A DNA stretch of 64,000 bases, taken from the NCBI GenBank assembly GCA_002633005.1, contig NMRA01000348.1:421065-485064 (forward strand), read 5' to 3'. The notes under the pieces are model-generated. The model was not told the origin of the DNA and made no database searches. It worked only from the letters and a program-made list of their open reading frames with translations. Positions within the stretch are counted from its first letter, which is position 1, and the number at the start of each line of letters is the position of its first letter. The position numbers and the translations under genes are program-made. Shown piece by piece: positions 63,116 through 64,000 of the stretch. The stretch comes from Phoronis australis (taxonomy: Eukaryota; Animalia; Phoronida).

Positions 63116-63914
63116 ATATATATTACTACATGGCGAAGTCGTTATCCCCCGTTATCTAGAGCACGAGTGGATTTTGGAGAATTATCGCCCGCGGGTGAGA
63201 ACATGTAATAATCTATGTATACCACATACATGTACTAAACCAAAAACATTTCAATGAATCGATTTACCTTTCTCGTCTCGCCTCGGCTTTGTAACTACTT
63301 TCTATGTAAGAGACCCGGGGTCGGAGGTAGTGACCTTTTAAGAAAAGCTGACCTATTTTTGTCAAATAATGCTTTTTCTCAAAAACAGTTGAAAATTTAA
63401 ACGAAATGGACATAGAGTGAATTTATAAATTAGGTATACCAACTATTATAGCTTAAAACACACTTTATCATGCTAAGCTTCGACCGGTAAACTATCTTCT
63501 GCTAAAGTAGGTTACCACTGATAACTGAGTATAATTCTCAAGTCAAAGGATCCCGACGACACGATACCCGCATTCAAATTGGTGATCGGTGATTTATGAG
63601 GGAGAGAACATGAAGGAAAAATTTCACAGAATTAAGACATAGTTTTTATGGAAATTATGCATCTTATTTTTCATAGCGTATAAATGTCTCGCCCTTTGTT
63701 GAATATGGGATTATTGCGCGTGTTCAGTTAAGTATTCCATTTTCACATTCGATGATGTCAGCCACTCACTGGTGTAATAGTAAAGTCTGCGACCCAAAAC
63801 TCTTGAGGCCCGGGTTAGAAACCTGCCTCGGTTTCCCGCCAAACTGTTATCTAGATAACTAAAAGGGTTATTACACGGTTGTATTGGCCATTCGAGGCTA
63901 ATATTGTGGTATAA
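63116..63914 (+). mobile_element. Repeat family A copy
   Basis: Colinear with 27115-27921. The inner arm of the palindrome is largely deleted. Confidence 0.88.
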
Positions 63915-64000
63915 TAATTAATATTATATACTTTGTTAAAGCCAAAACGGAGGCACCCAGGCTGACTTCGTGCTGTTGTCTTTGCTATAAATGCATGTAA

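Overview
AT-rich, repeat-laden animal genomic DNA; an invertebrate, possibly lophotrochozoan, origin is my inference. It is dominated by one large minus-strand multi-exon gene, which I assembled by hand from GT-AG exons between 49649 and 918 (23 exons, about 1270 codons). The 5' start and 3' end were not found. The product is a Mesh/SUSD2/MUC4-family extracellular protein: NIDO - IPT/TIG - AMOP - VWD (GDPH) - six Sushi/CCP - probable SEA. The CCP region (2624-7233) is a tandem array of alternating A and B exons in which five of six A copies are intact, all five B copies are disabled by different lesions, and one A copy has lost both splice sites. The only frame lesion in the other exons is a missing base in an A6 run (A_AAA_AAG) in the first NIDO exon. 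Introns and flanks hold degenerate retroelements (HERO-like, CR1/L2-like, L1/Tx1-like, Gypsy, a non-LTR RNase H), Helentron-like (HINE) concatemers, a palindrome-headed repeat family carrying a tRNA-like segment, and MITEs. Many TA(CATG/CTG/CAGTG)TA insertions look like Tc1/mariner excision footprints. Most ORFs in the supplied track are spurious or only partly overlap real exons.
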